Below, piece by piece: positions 1-12,862 of a stretch of 64,000 nt of DNA. How positions within the stretch are numbered: the stretch's first letter is position 1; every line of letters begins with the position of its first letter. Source of the stretch: Pocillopora damicornis (lineage: Eukaryota); contig NW_020847109.1 in the NCBI RefSeq assembly GCF_003704095.1, positions 1-64,000 of the forward strand, given 5' to 3'. The translations under genes and the position numbers were made by a program. The notes below the pieces were generated by a model, which saw nothing but the letters and a program-made list of their open reading frames with translations, did not search any database and was not told the DNA's origin.

Positions 1-1
1 G

Positions 2-100
2 CATGGCACTTGGCAGCCAGATAGCGGCAAGCGAGGCTCGTTTGAAGAACACCTCCTCGGCTCCTTAAAACGTGCGAAGCTCGATGGAATTGAGCAGTAA
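2..100 (+). CDS. Possible C-terminal tail of an upstream gene running in from the left edge (HGTWQPDSGKRGSFEEHLLGSLKRAKLDGIEQ*)
   Basis: Frame 2 is open from base 2 to TAA at 98-100, followed by AATAAA at about 103 and 175. No family recognised. Confidence 0.35.
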   Translation, partial: HGTWQPDSGKRGSFEEHLLGSLKRAKLDGIEQ

Positions 101-709
101 GAAATAAAGTTTGGGCAAGCCAGTAAACATCTTGGATGTCTCCATTAGACAGGGATACAGCTTTATCTGCCCAAAATAAAGCCGTTTTGTACAAATGCAT
201 GTCTATATATTGTCGAACAAGGTTACGAAGTTGAGAGATATCAACCTTCCCGCCAGTCGCCATGTTGGATTTTTGGGGAATACCGCTTGCACGTCATAAA
301 TTTACCGTTGGCATAAAATTCTTTTGTGGGGGTGTGGAGAAGGGAGTTTAAAAAATATTGATCTACTAATTTAGTTATCTTTTAGTCCTTTGATTTTTGC
401 TTCCCTCTGAATCAAAGTTATATACCTTATGTATGGTTCTGCATTATCGATATTTCAAATCAATTCTCAAACTTTTATTCCTTATTGATTCGTCCTTTCA
501 GCTCTTGGCACCTCTCCCCACAGGCCAATTCGACTGGCCTGCAATAGTGGGGAAATGGCCGCGAATTGAGGAGGAATGTAGTTAATGAGTAGTTTTCCCT
601 TTGATTTCTTCACCGCCGTGTCCTCATGAGGTTTATGGTTGCCATATGTTACGAGATATTGGTTAGTTTCTGCTGAGTTGTGGTTATTACAACTCCAGGT
701 TTTGCGATC

Positions 710-3700
710 ATGTCTTCCGGAGAGAAACTTCCCAAAGGCAAGAGCAAGAAAGCTGCTCCAAAGGCCAATTCTACAAAAGGTAAGACATTTTTTATGTCTG
801 TTATGAAATTCGTTATCAGATAATGAACCTGGAGCCAATTGGTAAGTAAATTGTTGTTTAATAGTGCTGTTGAGAGACATCTAAACTTCACCAGGATGAA
901 ATGTAAATTTATTGTTTTCAACCATGTATTACATTCCAGTCAGTCTTACCGCCCTCCCGCTCAAATTGCGTGATCCACGTCTATGAAAAACGTTAGCGAA
1001 AGATTGAGATATCTTTTCCGATTCGATACCATCTATCTCTCTGTTTTTCTTTTCTTTTTTATTAATAACTAGGTAAAGAACCTCAGCTGAACGACCATCG
1101 ATTCCGAGGAGAAGGAGTAAAATTCAAGTGCAAGGTAAGTTCTTCAATGTCTTCTCCTTCACGATTTAAACCAAATAGTTAAAACTGTGAATCGCCAACG
1201 CATCAGTTCGATGTTGGTTAGAAGCATACTATAATTTCAGTGTTATATTATTTTACGTATAGTAACGTTCAACAGATCTGCGATAGAACAATGATACAAA
1301 TTTGTAAACAGTTAAAAGGTGATGTACATTTCAATATGTACAATTGTTTCATAGCTGTTATCTTTATTTCTTGTAGCTTGTAGGCACAACAGATGTAAAC
1401 AATGCGAGAGGTGATGCANNNNNNNNNNNNNNNNNNNNNNNNNNNNNNNNNNNNNNNNNNNNNNNNNNNNNNNNNNNNNNNNNNNNNNNNNNNNNNNNNN
1501 NNNNNNNNNNNNNNNNNNTCTATCTGAAGTGAACATTATTCACTTGTGTTTTTGCATATTCACAGTTTCTGTCATTAAGAAAAGACAAAATCTTTTCATC
1601 ACAATCTTGTTTCTCTCACAAGTTGTTAATTAATAATAAGAATTGGTAACAGGGCCAATAGTAATAGGTGAATCAAATTCAGTCTGTAATCATACAAGTG
1701 ACTAACAGAACTGGATGACAGCAAAACTCGATTCTGATTTGTTAATCTTAAATATGGTTACTGAGTGAATTGGACAACAAGAAGTCCTAATATAATTTAC
1801 TTATAATTACAACAATTTCTGAGAAAACAACTGTTTTTTTTTTACATGGGCTTCCCATTCCAATCTTTGAACACTTAACCATTTATAATCTTTGACAAAA
1901 GTGTAATAGAAGGTTTTAGGTTTTGTCTAATGTACCAAATTCTTCCATTTGGGGAAATCCCCAGCTTTGAATGAAAGTGGTGCCATGGTGACTATAATCA
2001 AGTCTGTGAGTGGTGGATTAATTTGAGTTCATTGATTGACTGATGTAGCTGTTGGATTACAACTCTAGAGAAGAACTAAGAAAAATAATAAATACATTTG
2101 TTCATCCACTGTGGCCAAACACTTCTGCTATTTTTTAGTGATTTGCCATCTGAGTTGTAATTTCAACTTACTAGAACAATTGTTAGTGGGAAGTTAACAG
2201 CCAAGTTGGGTGAAGCAGTTTGGCACCAAAACAGGTTTAACTGCCATGGCAATGCATAGTTTTTAGTCATGGTTATCCCAATAATTTATTTTTTTCACTC
2301 AGTTTGAGTTCTAACTAGCCAAGTTGGGTGAAGCAGTTTGGCACCAAAACAGGTTTAACTCCCATGGCAATGCATAGTTTTTATTCATGGTTATCCCAAT
2401 AATTTATTTTTTTCACTCAGTTTGAGTTCTAACAAGCTACTTTGTTCTATTTTATCAGAGGTTTTTTTGATTGGTGATTAGTTAGGTTTGGTTTAAGAGA
2501 CTCTGTTAAGAAGGTATTAAGTTCTCCAAACTCAGATGGTGATCACGATGCCAGTGCATTCTTATTATCTGGAAAATAGTTTCTTTTTTGGTTAGATGTA
2601 ACTATAACTTTTATGTTATTTTAATGCAAGTAGTCTATTTCTCACAGTTTCCATCTTTAGAAAAATACTATCAAATGTTTGTCCTTTCTTTGTAACTTTT
2701 CACAATTTTGTTTTATAAACCTTTCTCACTCTTTTTTTGTTTTTGTTTTTTGGCCGTTTGGACAAATTTTATAAGGTTTCTTTGGAGCGAAAATTTATAG
2801 TTCATTATTATGTATTTCTTAAAGTTTTTGTCTTGATCATGGTTTATTTGAGGAATTGGCTAGAGAAGGCCCAATGGCTCCCCTTCTTAAATTTTGAGGG
2901 ACCCTTTTCCAAGAGATGGTTCCAAGAAAAGGGTTACCATAACAAGGGTTCGAATGTACCAGTACCTGTATTGTCACTTTAGTGTGTAAACTAAAAAGAG
3001 AACAGATACAGAAGTTTAAAATACTATGAAGTTTAAAAAAAGTATTGTAGCTATCATATCAATTTTTTGCACCCCATTTAACACCCAGTCGTAAGTCTTG
3101 TGGGACATTTTTTTGTATTGTGGAAATCCTGCAAAACTTTTTTCTAGTATAGACTGTGGTAATAAAATTGTCACCAAAATGTTGGTCCTCTCTTTGTGTA
3201 TTTCAAGTACATTTATTATAAACCTTTCTCTTGGTAATGGTTGGTTTTTTTGTTGCTTGTTTGCATAACATTTGATAACATTATTTTGTACTTAAATTTT
3301 CTAATCCAGGCACAAGCCTTAAAGCTGAATAAAGAAAGCAGGGAGCACAAGCAGAAAATAATATTCTATACCTCTTTGAAAGGAATCAGGATAGTGGATG
3401 AGAAGACTCAGGTAAGTCTATGTCTAGCTACAGGGACAAATACAGTGTCATGAGTCTCGTCAGGCTGTCACCTAGTTAAAATTGGCAGTCTCTAAAGTTA
3501 ATTTTTAACAATATTTGAGGACAATTTTCAGATGGTTATGTTACCATCTAAAATCTGGGAATTTTAAGTATTTATGGTAATGATGGGGTAAAAATTATAT
3601 GGTGTCTGAAGCATAAATATTCATTAAGGTCAACTACAAGATGATAACAAGACAATAACATTAAGGGCATGGGATAAGTTTATGGATGTTCACTCTGTCT

Positions 3701-6700
3701 GAGTAACAAACATGATGTTAGTCTGTAGAATTGAAATCATTTTGGTATGTTTTTGCAGAAAGTGCAGCATGAACATCCAATCAATAAGATATCATTTATC
3801 ACTCATGACCCAGAAGACAAGAAAGTATTTGGATATGTGTGTAGTCAGCCCTGTACTACTGGACATAAACTTTATGCTATTAAGTCTGAAAAGCCTGTAA
3901 GTATACTATGTTCATCTTGAATTAACTTTAAAACAATCAGAGAATAATTAATAGGTGCTTGTAGATATGGAATTTCTGTAGTGTTCAACTTCATGACTCA
4001 CAAGTGAGCACAGAGAAAAAGTTAGGTATCAAGTATAGCACTGTATCTAGTATAACACCGCAGTTTATATATAAAGATTCTTCTCGTATAAGAAGTAAGG
4101 TCTGAAATTGGAGAATATTACTTGAGGAATATTCCCCAATATTCCAGAGTTTTAGCTGGGGCGTATGTGATTGTCTAATGCATTTAGACCAATCGTGTGA
4201 GAGAAAAAGTATCACAACTGGTGATATTTGTCAAGTGATATCCCCCAATTTTCAAATATTTTATCCAATGTGATAAAAGTCTTTTTTGTGAAAGATGACA
4301 AGTGTGATCAGGTAATTCTGCATAAACTGTATGTTCATTGTTGCTCACAAGTATTTACTGAAATCTTACATCTCCAAAAATTCACTTCACCTCATGGAAA
4401 CTTTGTCATGATTTGCAATCACTTTCCTTATGTTTCATAATTCATTCTCCTCAGGCAGGGAGTGTCACTGGTACTTTGTATGAATTGTTTCAAGTTGTAT
4501 TTAGACTTCGACAAGAGGCTGGATTAACAAAAAAGGTTCCAAACAATGCTTCTCAGGTTTCAAATGGTAAAATTCTTTGTATTTTTATCTTTTACTTTCT
4601 ATATTGATTAGTGTAATAAGTAGGGGTAATTGTTTCTATTTCAAATCAAGACTCATCGTGAGTAAGACAGTTAATATTATATATGTGTAGCTCATAAAAT
4701 GATAATGGTAATTTAGTTATGATAATTACAATTTTGATTTTTATTATTGCTTCCTTCAGGTCCAAGCTCACAAGAAGGAATTTATGAGGTGCATGGAATA
4801 ACTTTACTCACTAGTTTTGAATTGTATATGGTGTCATTTAAAATTGATATTAATTTGGTCAAAAAGGTCTTTGGTGTTAGATAGCTAACAATTATTCACT
4901 GAAGTGAAGGTGAATAATGGTGGATATTTACCAAAGCGTGAAGTGGCAAGGTAAATATTCAAGACTTTTAGCGACACTGAGGTAAAGAGGTGTTTTGGTA
5001 TAATCCACACAGATTTAAAAAAAAAGTTCATTTCTGTCAATATACCAAGAGATGGTCGGAAATGAAATTGTTGATTAACATGCAATTTTGTCTCTTTGGC
5101 TGCTTGGAGGCGATAAGTACTTGCTACTCACTTCACAGCCAACGTGGAATTGTTTTCTTTAATTAAGTCTTATGTTGATTATTATCAGTATAGAACAAAC
5201 TGGATCTGGTATTTACCAAAAAATGACTTAAAAAAAGAAAATGCCAGTCTTATCAGCAAGAGCTGTTATTTTTATTTATTCAAGGGGTGATTATCTCTCA
5301 ATAATTACTGAAAGTCAGGAACAGTTTCAATTTTTTGAAATAGTTTAAGATGGGAAAAACTGACTACAATATCACTTAGGGTAGATTGAAAGTCAATAAT
5401 GAATGCAGCTTACAGTTGTGTAACTTGATCAGTGCCTTGTGATTGTCAGTCTGTAGTATGGTAAGAGTTACACATGTATGTGCAAATGCTTTTATCCAGG
5501 TGCCTTACAAAAATGGTAACAATAAACAAGCTACGCCCAGTGCACAAGTTGATCATGAATATGAGCCAGTGAACATACCAGTGAATAAAACTGATTCACA
5601 TTATAAAGTAAGTCATTCTTAGTCAGGGGAGGATAATTTTCAGAAAAGCTATTGGTGCACAATCTGAATGCTTACAAGACTCAAAAAATTATTAGTGAAA
5701 CTGAAAACACAGGAAAGATGTGTGGAATGGGTGTTTCTAAGAAAAAAGCCAATCAGAGGCAAGAAATCTTAGCTGTACACAGTAACATGAATTAGTCTTG
5801 TTCCATAATATTGTTTTTGCAACACTTCCTCATTTGAATTTGCATTTGTTGACTTCCCATGGGATGGATTTAAATATTAACCAGAGCTGCACAATATGGA
5901 ATCTGCAGATTGTATACAAGGTCTAGTCACTCACTGTGCTCCCTAACTTAGAAACTACCCAAATATTTCAGAACAGTTTTTTTTATTTTTGTAGTGAATA
6001 TGGCACACAGGACAATTTGGTCCCTGATCTACATGGTCAAAATCATTGTTTTTTGCTTAGCTTATTAGAATGCAGGATTTGATAAGATAACTGACTGAGT
6101 TGTTGTTCATGTATCATTAGGTTCCAAGGACTCCACCTGTTCAGCCAAAACTTTCAGAACCTCCTTCTGAAAGTGACAGAGAGGGAACTGAGGTTGGTTT
6201 GATGATATTTAGCCTTTGCACTCACAATTCATGAATGGCTCATCTAATGGCTTAAGAGATAATCTGGTCAAGTTCCTCTTGACTAATGTGACATTTAGTA
6301 CCTTGGAACTGTTTGAATCTCTCTGACTAGAATTTACTATAATTTGGTTCTTGAATAGTTGATTACTAAATTTTTGCATAGACTTTGATAGTATCTAGGA
6401 CTGGCATATTGATTGTAGAAGAGAAAAAAAGATCTTAGTTTTATGGAGAGGTTTTGCTGTTGGCAATGTGTATCTTTTGTGCAAAATGGCTTACTTAGTT
6501 GATATTGAGCATTTAAATATTGGTAGAAATGTGTCATGACAACACTTGCAGTCCTTTTATAGCAGTCTGTAATTGTGTAATTTGACTTTCACATTATTCT
6601 TTAAAGGCAGCACCCTCAACAGGTTTTCCAAGTTCCTCTTCTCTTCTCAGTCCAACATTCATGAATAAGGTATTTATCACAATGCTTTACAGCCACTGCA

Positions 6701-9700
6701 ACTTTTACAAAGGCTTAAAGTCAAAATAGCCATTAGGAATGGGGAGAATGGAAATAGCAATTGTTATGGTTTGCAGAGCATTGAAAGGTTAGTAGTAGAA
6801 CATCCATATACTGGCTCTTTGACCACTGATGTGAGATTCAATTGGAATTTGGATTCTTAGTCTTTTTTCAGGGAAAAAGGGTGAACTTTGGGAAAAACTG
6901 TCTGCTAAGTTCACCAATAGCAAACTTGGCCCACTTGTGTTGCTAGGTGTATAATTTAGCCCTGTCTACAACAATCAAATGAGAGTGCATGCACCACTGA
7001 ACCATCCTGCTTGCTTCCTTAATGATGTTTTCTAATGAAATATTTTGCCTTTGCAGGATCCTGATCAAGTTTCACAGGTATCCATGGAGTCACCATTTCC
7101 TGCCCATGATGGCACCAGTGCTGACTTGGCATTCTTCAGCTCCTCTGTGTTTGATCATGCAGCAGGTGAATCAGGAGCAGCAGACACAGTATCTGTGGCA
7201 TCAGCTGACATATCAGTAGTGAGAAGTGGTTCAGTGTCCTCTGGATCATCAGAGACACATTCTCAACACACTAAGAGTGGACACTCAAGGAGTGGTTCTC
7301 TGGTGAATCAGATGGGTCCTAATGAAGGATCTCAAGCTGAATTTGCAACTAACTTTGATGATACAAATGTGTGGACTCCCTCCTTTGGTAACAATGATGG
7401 ACAGGAAGGAGACGAGGCACCAAAAAGTGGAAGCCTTGAAAACAAAGTAGCTCTTTTCCCCCCTCTTACTGATGCTAAGAGAGAGGACCAAATAGAGATG
7501 CCATCAGCTTTGGAGACATCAAGTGGTTTAGAAAGCAGTTCAGACCCTTTTGCACCATCAGATGGGTCCACAAGATTGAATGAAATAGCCCAGCCTACTG
7601 GTGATAATTTGTTCACTGAATCATTTGCAACATTCGAAGCATCATTTGACAAGGCTGAGATGAAAAATAACAAAGAGAACCCCTCCTGTTATGACCCTTT
7701 TGCTGCCTCAAGTGATCTTCAAGATAAGGACACTGCCTTTGGAAGTGCTCAACAACAGCACAACTCTGCCAGTGTCCAAGATCAAAGTCAAGAAGACAAT
7801 GGTGATGAGGAAACAGTTGACTCTGAGAGGTCAGATAAAACTGTTGAAAAGGCAGCTGTAAGTTTCTCTTGGGACAATGCATTTGAAGATACAAACACAA
7901 CTTCCCAACCAGAAACAACTCAGAGCACTACTACAACACAAGGACAGTTCTCTTGGATTGAAAGTTTTACTTCTGAGGATGTTGAAACTTTGCCAAAAGC
8001 TGACCCTGTAACTTCAACTGGAGTTTTTTGGGATGATACCTTTGGTGAAGCTGTGGCAGCTGAAAAAGAATCTTCCAACCAAGCAGAGGAACCTTTCTCA
8101 TGGGATAATGCCTTTGGTGGAATGGTTGCAGATAGTAGCAATGAGCAGTTTGACCAATCACCATTTGGTGATCCTTTTAGTGTTTCATCAACTGTGGAGT
8201 CTAGTACTGGTTCAATTGATGTGTCACAGCAAAGTGATCAGCCAGCATCACAGCATGCTATCTCTAATGATCTTGAATTAGGTGGCTCAGTGTCTAATGT
8301 ACAGTCAGAGTTACAGGCTGATGTTCCTCCTGATGAAGCACTTCCTGCGCCTGCATCAAAATCTGAAAGTGACACACTTGTCTCGGATACTCTTGGATCT
8401 GGTGATCAACCTGGAGATCTCTTTGAAGAGCTGAAGATTTCTTTTCAAGGTCCAGACAACCAGAAGAAGGCAGATATTGAGGAAAGTGATGAAAGCTCAG
8501 AGCCTGAAATCAGTAAACTTAGTGAAAATGTTTTATTTGGTGCAGAAAATGCTTCAAATGAATTGGGGGCTGATGAAAACAAGGACACAACTAAGGTAAT
8601 GAATCAGATGGACAGTGCTTTAAACTTAGCAAATGAAGAATCTCCACCCTCAGACACCAAAGAGGAAGAGGTCAAGAAAGAAAAAGATGGAAATTCAGAG
8701 CTCCATATCCAGGAATCAAGTTTTTCAATCTCCCAACGTTCCATCTCTCCAACTGTCCCTCCTCCTCTTCCACCACGCCCTGCATTATCAGCCCCTCCTC
8801 TCCCAGCCAGACCAGCAAGCTTCAACTCAACTTTGTCACCCAGAATTTCCCCTTTCAGTCCCCAGACATCCACAGGGCCACCAGCATCAAACTCTCCACA
8901 TCAAGGGAAGAGGAGCAGTGCAAAGAAAACCCCTCCTGCACTGCCACCTAGAGTAGATTTGAATGAGAAATCACAGAACAAGTCTTCAAATGTAACAGAG
9001 GCATTTCCAGATCCATTTGGTGGAGATGTATTTGGTCAGAAGTTTAATGATAACAAAGTGATAACTCAAGATGAAACCTCTGATTGGGCCACATCATGGC
9101 CTAATTCAGTGGAAGTTTCTTCTGCAGGGAAAGGCAAAGACCTTTCTGATCCTTTCAGTGAAGACTTTTTTACAAACTTTGACTTTCCTCAAAAGTCTAG
9201 TGGGGAAAGTATTAAAGTTGATCCTTTTGGTTCAACAAAAGTACCCTCTGAAATTTTTCCATCAGAATTGGAAAATCAAGATATGTTTGCACAGTTTACC
9301 CCTGGTAAAGGGGAAGGTGTATTTGACAGTGGAGATCCTTTTGAAAATGACTCTTTTGCAGCATTTCCTGCAGATGATCCTTTCAGCGATATAAGTGACC
9401 CTTTTGCAGACAAAGGAGTTTTAGGTGAGGATCCATTTACTGATAGTCCACGAAAGCCACAGTCTGGGAATGCTTTCACTCTCAATGAGGTTTGTATTTA
9501 TATTTTTATTTGTATTTTTTTTTCTCAAGGATTGGTGGATTTCATAGTCTTTTAATTACTCAATGGTCTGACTTGATGAATCTTACATTTTCACTTCACC
9601 ATGGTGTGAGATTTGCATTCTATTGGTTTTTTTACTGAATTAATATATATTTTTTTTCTTCATGTGTGAGCCGGCAGTATTCTTCAAATCTTGTCATCTG

Positions 9701-10438
9701 ATTGGTTCCAAAATTTTTTCATTCATAGAGAGTCTTGCCAAAATTACAGCCCTAGAAAAAAATTAAAATCTTTTTCACCAGCCTAGGTCAGTCCATATTG
9801 GGAAAGACTGTGCCCTGTCTTGAGTGCTGCCTTCGGCCTATGGCCTCAGATGGTATTTAAGACCCCAGACACAGTTTTTCCCAACATGAACCTCCCAGCT
9901 GGTGAATAAGATATATTTATTACTGGCATTATTGTGGTTATTTTTATTATCAGTTAATCAAATTCATCATTAAGGTATTCATTATCATAAAGGGAGGTGT
10001 GGCATTATGTAAGTAGATGATAACCATTTGAAAAAGCACAGCATTTTGGGAATGTCACCACATTGTTTTCTTGGTCAAAATAATCAGAATTGACCTTTAA
10101 AAATACCTTGATGTGGGTTAGAAGAAAATCATGCAGTGTTATGCAAATAGTTTGTTTAGATTGGAGCCAATTGGAATGTCCTAGCTTGTAAACTTTCACG
10201 ATTTTAGAAGTCAAACTTTGTTACATTCTCTCATTTTTTTAACAAAAAATTTTCATTTGAGATTTGTCAAGACAATGTTATTTAATATTTACACATTTAT
10301 GCAGAGGAATAGTTCTCATGTTTGTCTTTAAAAATAAATATGTATATTCTTGATGATCTGGGAGGAATGGTAATAATTTTCTCTTTCCTCATGTGTGTAT
10401 AGAGCTTGGTGGCATCTGATGAAGATTCTTTTGCCTGA
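710..10438 (+). CDS. DAB: Disabled-family (Dab1/Dab2-like) PTB-domain adaptor, about 1100 aa
   Basis: Exons with GT-AG ends and consistent phase: 710-779, 1073-1134, 1377-1418+ (runs into N gap), 3310-3411, 3759-3896, 4455-4566, 4760-4788, 5500-5607, 6121-6192, 6607-6669, 7057-9489, 10403-10438. The translation RFRGEGVKFKCKLVGTTDVNNARGD...EHKQKIIFYTSLKGIRIVDEKT...HEHPINKISFITHDPEDKKVFGYVC...HKLYAIKSEKPAGSVTGTLYELFQVVF matches the Dab PTB domain. The tail has YxVP, DPF and PxLPxR motifs. The terminal exon (SLVASDEDSFA*) is less certain. Confidence 0.9.
1419..1518. other. Assembly gap (100 N) interrupting Dab coding exon 3
   Basis: The N run starts right after codons for NNARGDA. Confidence 0.99.
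2199..2433 (+). repeat. Near-perfect tandem duplication, 118-bp unit x2, in a Dab intron
   Basis: agccaagttgggtgaagcagtttggcacc...tttgagttctaac starts at 2199 and again at 2317 with only a few substitutions. Confidence 0.92.
4885..5140 (-). mobile_element. Interspersed repeat with a terminal imperfect hairpin; same family as 33540-33852, opposite orientation
   Basis: Segments such as tttggctgcttggaggcgataagtacttgctactcacttc are reverse-complement matches of gaagtgaatagcaagtactattcatcctccgagcagccga near 33590. Confidence 0.65.
9773..9910. repeat. Imperfect inverted-repeat (hairpin) element in the last coding intron of Dab
   Basis: ttcaccagc...gggaaagactgtg pairs with cacagtttttccc...gctggtgaa. 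Confidence 0.55.
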
Positions 10439-12294
10439 GAAACATTGCAGGTATGTATTTGTAACATTTTAACACAATGAATTGATCTTAATATCAATAG
10501 TAGGAGGTCCTGTGATTTTAGCAGCCTCCACCATTTAGTGGTCATACATAGAAGAAGGATTTAAAGTTTCCCGTAATGAGGGTAACAAAGGGAGGTCCAG
10601 TCAATTTCTGGCTTTTTTAAAAAACATCAAATTTTAAAGGTGTCAAAACTTTATGATGTTACATTATCATGATAATACCCCTCTGTTGATATACTTCTCT
10701 ATTCTCATCACTTGTGACTGGGAAAATGTAGCAGAATATGCAGAGAAAAGTTACTTGTCTATCAATGTTAGGAGTTGTTAATTAATGTGCTATTGTTCTA
10801 TTTTGTTTTTTTGCTTTGATGAGAAGATAGCTATTTGACCCTAGCATATTTCATCCTTTCAGTTACAAGATGCTAAGTGCCATTGCATCGAAGGTCTTGC
10901 ATATTTTTACTGACAGATGTGATGTTTACTTATGGATTGGATTAATTATTTAATATGCAGTATCAAATGCATGTAACCTTTTTACCTTAAAATCAGGGTA
11001 TTAAGATTATTAAGTTAAAGACAATATAGTTTTAACATTCAAAGATGGATAATCTGGGTGTGTAACCTTGGTACTGAAAATGTGTTTCTGTAATCTAAAT
11101 ATCAGTGGCATGTGACTCTTCACACCATTTTAGTTTCTTTGGGTTATGACATGCACATGCCATATCAATTTAATAAGACAGAAACAACAGTTTGATTAAT
11201 TCATGAATACATCAAGATCATGTATACAAACTTACTGCAGATGGAAAGCAATAATATTGTCATCAGCCAACAACTTTTAAGGGTAATCACAAGTTTATTG
11301 TGTAAAGAAGGCACAAACCAAGCATACTTACTGAATTAACAATTTGCATGCTGTTTTGATAATGACTATTTTGAGATAAACTTACAGTTTACAAGTAATT
11401 TTCCTGTTATGACTCAGTTGAGGTCCTGTCTGAGGGTAGTTGAAAACCAAGGCTGAAAATTAGAAATTATTAAAACAGGAGTACTTTGTTACTAAATATT
11501 AAAAAAGAATCCAGCACTATATAGAACAAATTTATCACAATATAACAGCAAATTATTTTACAGTTTTGTATGTCTGCCTCTGCTCACTGCAAAGTGTAAA
11601 TAGAATTCTGACATATTAGTAACTCTACTGTGTTATATTTCCTAATCTTAGGAATGATAATATGCTGAATATTCTGATCAGTGGCAAAAAATATAAAACA
11701 ATTGGCAATTTGTTGGTCAGAGTGTATTTTGTAGACATCCCTCAAGAAGTTAACAAACAATTTTTTTTTGAGGGTTTGAGTTAGAATTTGTTATTGCTGC
11801 TGTAGTTAACAGTGTTTGTTTATAAAACATATGACAATAATATTACTTTGATAGTGGCTTGTGATTAAAGGAGTACTAAAATACTGAATTTTAAAATGAA
11901 AATTGTGTTGTTAATACATTTCAAAGACAGTACAGCTAGATAATACTATGTTATGTTATATATGATTGCCAAGCACATGCTGTGAATGTTAATTCTGATA
12001 GTAACTGTTGTTAATGCGTATGTTTTATAGTGCATTAAATTTGAAAGAAATATGATGTAGACTTGGCAGTTGATGTAAATTGCTTTATCCAAGAGAAAAC
12101 TACCATTGGCATGTGTCACCTTTTCACTCCAAAGATTTGTGTCAAATCTCCAGTTTGTTTCCCATACATTTGTCCCAATTTTAACTTTGATAAATTTTGT
12201 GTGAGATCAAACCATTATTACCAAGGTCACCCTTAGCCTCATTCCTGTTAAAGGCTTGGCAACCAAGCACACAACTGTAAAATGGACTATTACT

Positions 12295-12479
12295 TAATGT
12301 GAATTTTAATTGTGGTGATTTAATTAAGTGATAGATGATGTATTCAGTGACTGACACAGGTGTTGTGGGAGAAAAAAAAAAGGAAGTGCTCCCAATAGGA
12401 ATTGAACCGATGACCTTCCAATTAGTGCTTCAGATGCTTTACCACTGAACTATAGGAGACTCATGGCAGGCTGGGTCAT
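12295..12479 (-). mobile_element. tRNA-derived SINE (tRNA-like head about 12387-12459), interrupted by a MITE
   Basis: The minus strand reads ctcctatagttcagtggtaaagcatc...ggtcatcggttcaattcctattgggagcac, with Pol III A box (TAGTTCAGTGG) and B box (GGTTCAATTCC). The cloverleaf is degenerate. A related body recurs at about 12750-12868. Confidence 0.7.
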
Positions 12480-12690
12480 TTAACCCTTCACCTCCCATGA
12501 GTGACCAAGACAGGATTTCTCCTTACAACAACCATACAATGTCAACTAGATAAGTGATGAGAATAAAGAAAAAGATTAATTTGGGGACAATTAGTTAGTC
12601 CAATACTTAATTCTCTGAACTAACATGAAAAGAATTGTATGGTTGACACCAAGGAAAATTACAAATTTTATCTGGGAGTTACAGGGTTAA
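12480..12690. mobile_element. piggyBac-type MITE with TTAA target-site duplication
   Basis: TTAA (12480-12483), CCCTTCACCTCCCA ... TGGGAGTTACAGGG, TTAA (12687-12690). TIRs match 11/14 with CCC/GGG ends. About 200 bp, non-coding. Confidence 0.8.
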
Positions 12691-12862
12691 CTAGGTCACT
12701 GATGATAAACGTCCTGCATACTTTCCCAAATGTGATGCTTTGGTGCAAGATGATGAAAATGAAGGTGGTAAACGTGAAGCCTGGTGATTCAAGTGAAAGA
12801 TGATGCAGTCAGTAAATAACACAGGCATACTCCAAGAAAAAAAATGGTCACTTCTGGGAGTC

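Noticed and set aside
820-841. Apparent 22-nt Dab micro-exon (cag|ATAATG...TTG|gtaagt)
   Set aside because: It would leave a 40-nt upstream intron and shift the frame. Exon 710-779 joins 1073 in phase without it.
7045-9555. 836-aa ORF as a stand-alone intronless gene
   Set aside because: It starts at a TTG just upstream of an acceptor (7056) and reads through a donor (9490). It is an internal exon of Dab.
12387-12459. Functional tRNA gene
   Set aside because: A and B boxes are present, but the stems are mismatched, there is no clean anticodon arm, and it is attached to a repeated SINE body.
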